DNA of 64,000 nt from Lama glama (Eukaryota), in NCBI GenBank assembly GCA_028534125.1, contig CM052832.1:6202001-6266000 (forward strand). Reading direction: 5' to 3'. Position 1 is the first letter of the stretch; each line of letters starts with the position of its first letter. The position numbers and the translations under genes were made by a program. Below the pieces are notes generated by a model that was not told where the DNA came from, made no database searches, and worked only from the letters and a program-made list of their open reading frames with translations. Positions 61,183 to 64,000 of this stretch are shown piece after piece.

Positions 61183-62340
61183 GTAACCCTGGGATTCCCG
61201 TTCTCCATAGGGAGGTAGGTTAGGGGAGACCAATTAGGAGACTGTATTTTGGAGATGCTCCCCAAACAGAATTGTTCCAAGACTGACTTTTAGTAGAAAC
61301 AAACAGCGCTTTCCCACCCCACCCCCACCATGATGAAACTCAAGTTCAGCTACTTCAGACCCTTACTAATCGCTGATCTGGTCTCTAACTCCTAATGTGA
61401 ACGTCACACCAGGCTGATTTTACTGCAGGCTGTGATGGAAGTGATTCAGCAGTAGTTTCCTGGTATACATGCTGGAAGAGCCCTGGGGCTGACCATATGC
61501 CTAACTCATAACCCAAGGGACCAAGGAGCGAATGCATGTTTTTCCAGGTCTTTAACAAACACACAGACACACAAACACACAGATGCACATAGACATACAC
61601 CACCACCCCCACTACTTCCTTTCTTCAGATTTTTTAAAAAAGTTTTTACATTCAATACTAAAGCTCTCTTACCAAATGTGTGCCACTGTCATCATTTACT
61701 CAACAACTATTTACTAAGCGTCCTAAGTGTTAGGCACCAAAGGACACATCAGTGGGGAAAAGAAACAAAAGTCATAGCCTTTGTGGATCTTCCGTTCAAG
61801 GCTTCCTCCTTCCGTCCCAATCATGGTAGGAGTATCTTACTGAGGACCAGCTGCAAGAGGAGCTGATGGGCTGTCCTGATGTGAGAAGCCTTCAAAGGGG
61901 TACAGAGTAGGACATGTCACCCCCAAATGACAGCTGCCTCTCTTTTAACCATCTCATGCCTGCCTTGTCCCACAGTGTCTTGAAGGTTTTCTGGTTTTCT
62001 GGCATCCCCTTAAAGCAGGAAGTTATTTCCTGGGAGTGGTCACCCCTGACTTATTTTTACCGAATACTTACTATTTGAAAGTCCATTAAAAGTGAGATTC
62101 TTGGCACAGATCAGACACCCGGAGGAGAGGGGGCCGCCCTTGGGGCGGGGAGGGCATCAGGACGGAGGAAAAGATGCTTCTAGGGAAGAAGCTGACCCTC
62201 AAAGGGTCCTGCTCTCCTGCTCCTGAATTTTGGCTGGGTTTTGCCTCTGAAATTATGACTTCTAAAGTGTTGCTGCATCGTTAACACAGAGTGCCAAGGC
62301 ATTCAGAGACGTTTTCCCCTTTGTTTCCACTCTTTTCCAG

Positions 62341-62501
62341 TCCAGTGTAACAGCCTTGTCTTTGGATTTGGGTCCGAGAATGATGAGTATACTCTTCCTT
62401 GTAGCAGTGGCTACACCGGAAGCATCATTGCCAGGTGCCAGCCCTCTGGGTGGCACATCCTCAGGGAGACGTGTGTGCTCGCTGAGCTGGAAGAACTGAA
62501 G
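62341..62501 (+). CDS. ADGRF1: ADGRF1 exon 9 (161 nt): VQCNSLVFGFGSENDEYTLPCSSGYTGSIIARCQPSGWHILRETCVLAELEELK
   Basis: Acceptor tcttttccag|, donor AAG|GTAAAA; matches human AQCNDIVFGFGSKDDEYTLPCSSGYRGNITAKCESSGWQVIRETCVLSLLEELNK; phase 1 to 0. Confidence 0.95.
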
Positions 62502-63329
62502 GTAAAAAAAAAAAGCACTTCCACCTTGCAGACTTGCCCTGGTTTTGAGTTTCACACTGGGCATCTGCCAGTGAGCATGGCTGGGTGAGGGGTAAAATGT
62601 ATCAATTTGTCTCATTGGTCAGAAGTTGAGGATGACATCAGACCCTGGGAAATCCAGGGAGTGTGGGCATGAGTAGTGAGTCTAGGTGGCATCTGGGAAC
62701 GTCAGAACATGTCAGATTGGACGGTTTCAGGAGGAGCAGGCTGCAGAGACATGAATCCATGTGGAAGAATCTACCATAAATGGTAGAAGGGCAACTAGAT
62801 CTTCAGAGTGAGCAGAACTTCAGTCCCAGCCAGAGACCTTGCTGCTGAAGCAGAGAACGCCAGAGGGACGACAGAAGGATCATTGCTCCCTTTGTGGACC
62901 TCAGTTTTCTCATCTGTACACTGGGGAAGGAAACTGGACCTGATGCTTCTGGGGTTTTATCCTTGCTCTTGCCTTCTTTGCCTCAGTTCTAGATGTGGAC
63001 CAGAGCTGGGACTAGGTCACCCCAGGGTGTGAAGGCAGGCAGAGCTTGGGTGCTCTAGGCAGAGAATGACTCTGTGAGCTGAACAGAGTAAGGAGGAAAA
63101 TAGGCGAGATCTGAGATCCTGGATTGACTTGTTTTGAATGAAGGGAATATTCCCTCCTGGCTGCCCTCCAAGTTAGCGCAGTGTAGTGGAAGTATTGGGA
63201 GCCTCCAAGAGGAAGGAACACTCCAAATCCCATGAGGGTGTGGTCCGGTCTCCACGTATGGCCCTCCGTCTCCCCGTCCTGTAAGGATTTCTCAGCAGAG
63301 TATAATGAGTATAACATAGGGTTTAGTGC

Positions 63330-63590
63330 CAAGTAGACTCTACCTTTGCACTTCCTAGCTGAGTGCTATTTGGAAAGTCACTGAATCTCACTGAACATCA
63401 GGTTCTGCATAATTAGGATAATAATTTGCATGAAAATGCTTTTTAATGAATCGCTTCAAGTTTCAGTTTCCTTAATTATGAAGTGAAAGTAACCACGATA
63501 CCTCCTTCAAAGGGTGGTATAAGGACTAAATCAGTGAATCCCAGTAAGCATTTAGCATGGTGCCTGGGAAATAGAAAGTACTGAACGACA
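63330..63590. mobile_element. MIR relic(s); further MIRs near 560-710, 7975-8200, 16820-17020, 22395-22600, 27455-27600, 32640-32820, 33810-34000, 37800-38000, 49600-49830
   Basis: MIR core motifs such as 'aagtcactgaatctc', 'tcagtttcct', 'taagcatttagcatggtgcctgg'. Confidence 0.65.
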
Positions 63591-63740
63591 GCCATTATAT
63601 TGTCATTATCCTTGAACGATTATCCTACGTTGTAATGCACCATACAAGTGTTAGTTACACGTGGCCATGAAATCTGATTCAAGTCTGATGGAGCACAAGC
63701 ATTTCACTCTTTTCTAGAACTTGACCATTTCTCTTCCCAG

Positions 63741-63929
63741 AATTTCAGTGTGATCGCCACCAACGCCACCGAGGCAGCCATGTCATCCTTGGTGCAGAAT
63801 CTTTCAGTTGTTCTTCAGCAAAGTCCATCAACCACAGCTGGGAATCTGGCTTCTGTGGTATCCATTCTGAGCGATGTCTTGTCCCTGTCCCTGGAAAACC
63901 ACCTCAGGGTGACCAGTTTAACAATGGAG
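63741..63929 (+). CDS. ADGRF1: ADGRF1 exon 10 (189 nt), helical start of GAIN domain: NFSVIATNATEAAMSSLVQNLSVVLQQSPSTTAGNLASVVSILSDVLSLSLENHLRVTSLTME; gene continues beyond window
   Basis: Acceptor ctcttcccag|, donor GAG|GTGAGA; matches human NFSMIVGNATEAAVSSFVQNLSVIIRQNPSTTVGNLASVVSILS; phase 0 to 0. The nine coding exons sum to 1113 nt with no stop. Confidence 0.97.
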
Positions 63930-63959
63930 GTGAGATCTGCCTGGGCCTGAAGGGCTCAC

Positions 63960-64000
63960 TTTTTTTTTCTTTTTCTTTTTAATTGAAGTATAGTCTATTT
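63960..64000 (-). mobile_element. Start of an antisense L1 3' tail, cut by the window end
   Basis: Poly-T then 'aattgaagtatagtc', as in the other L1 tails here. Confidence 0.65.

Noticed and set aside
52328..63929. ADGRF1 as a pseudogene, or a paralogue (ADGRF5/F2/F4)
   Set aside because: All nine coding exons are open with compatible phases and GT-AG sites; the sequence tracks ADGRF1 and lacks the Ig domains of ADGRF5.

Overview
Mammalian genomic DNA, most likely a camelid (a tRNA-Ala-derived vic-1-like SINE and cetartiodactyl-type L1 3' ends). About 1-42 kb is intergenic and repeat-rich: L1 with target-site duplications (TSDs), L2, L3/CR1, MIR, MaLR/ERVL/ERV1 LTRs, hAT relics and a 29-bp minisatellite. 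From about 42.3 kb to the end lies the 5' half of the adhesion GPCR gene ADGRF1 (GPR110) on the + strand. It has a probable non-coding exon 1 and nine coding exons (52328-63929) that splice GT-AG in frame into 371 codons (signal peptide, Cys-rich segment, SEA domain, start of GAIN); the gene continues past the window. Most ORFs in the supplied track are spurious. I see no convincing novel biological system. The best leads are small and local: a uORF whose stop overlaps the ADGRF1 ATG, a possibly shifted exon 2 acceptor, several weak splice sites, a more canonical SEA cleavage motif, an intronic L1 5'UTR, and a kB-like minisatellite beside a dispersed direct repeat. Human comparisons and repeat subfamily names come from recall, not from a search.
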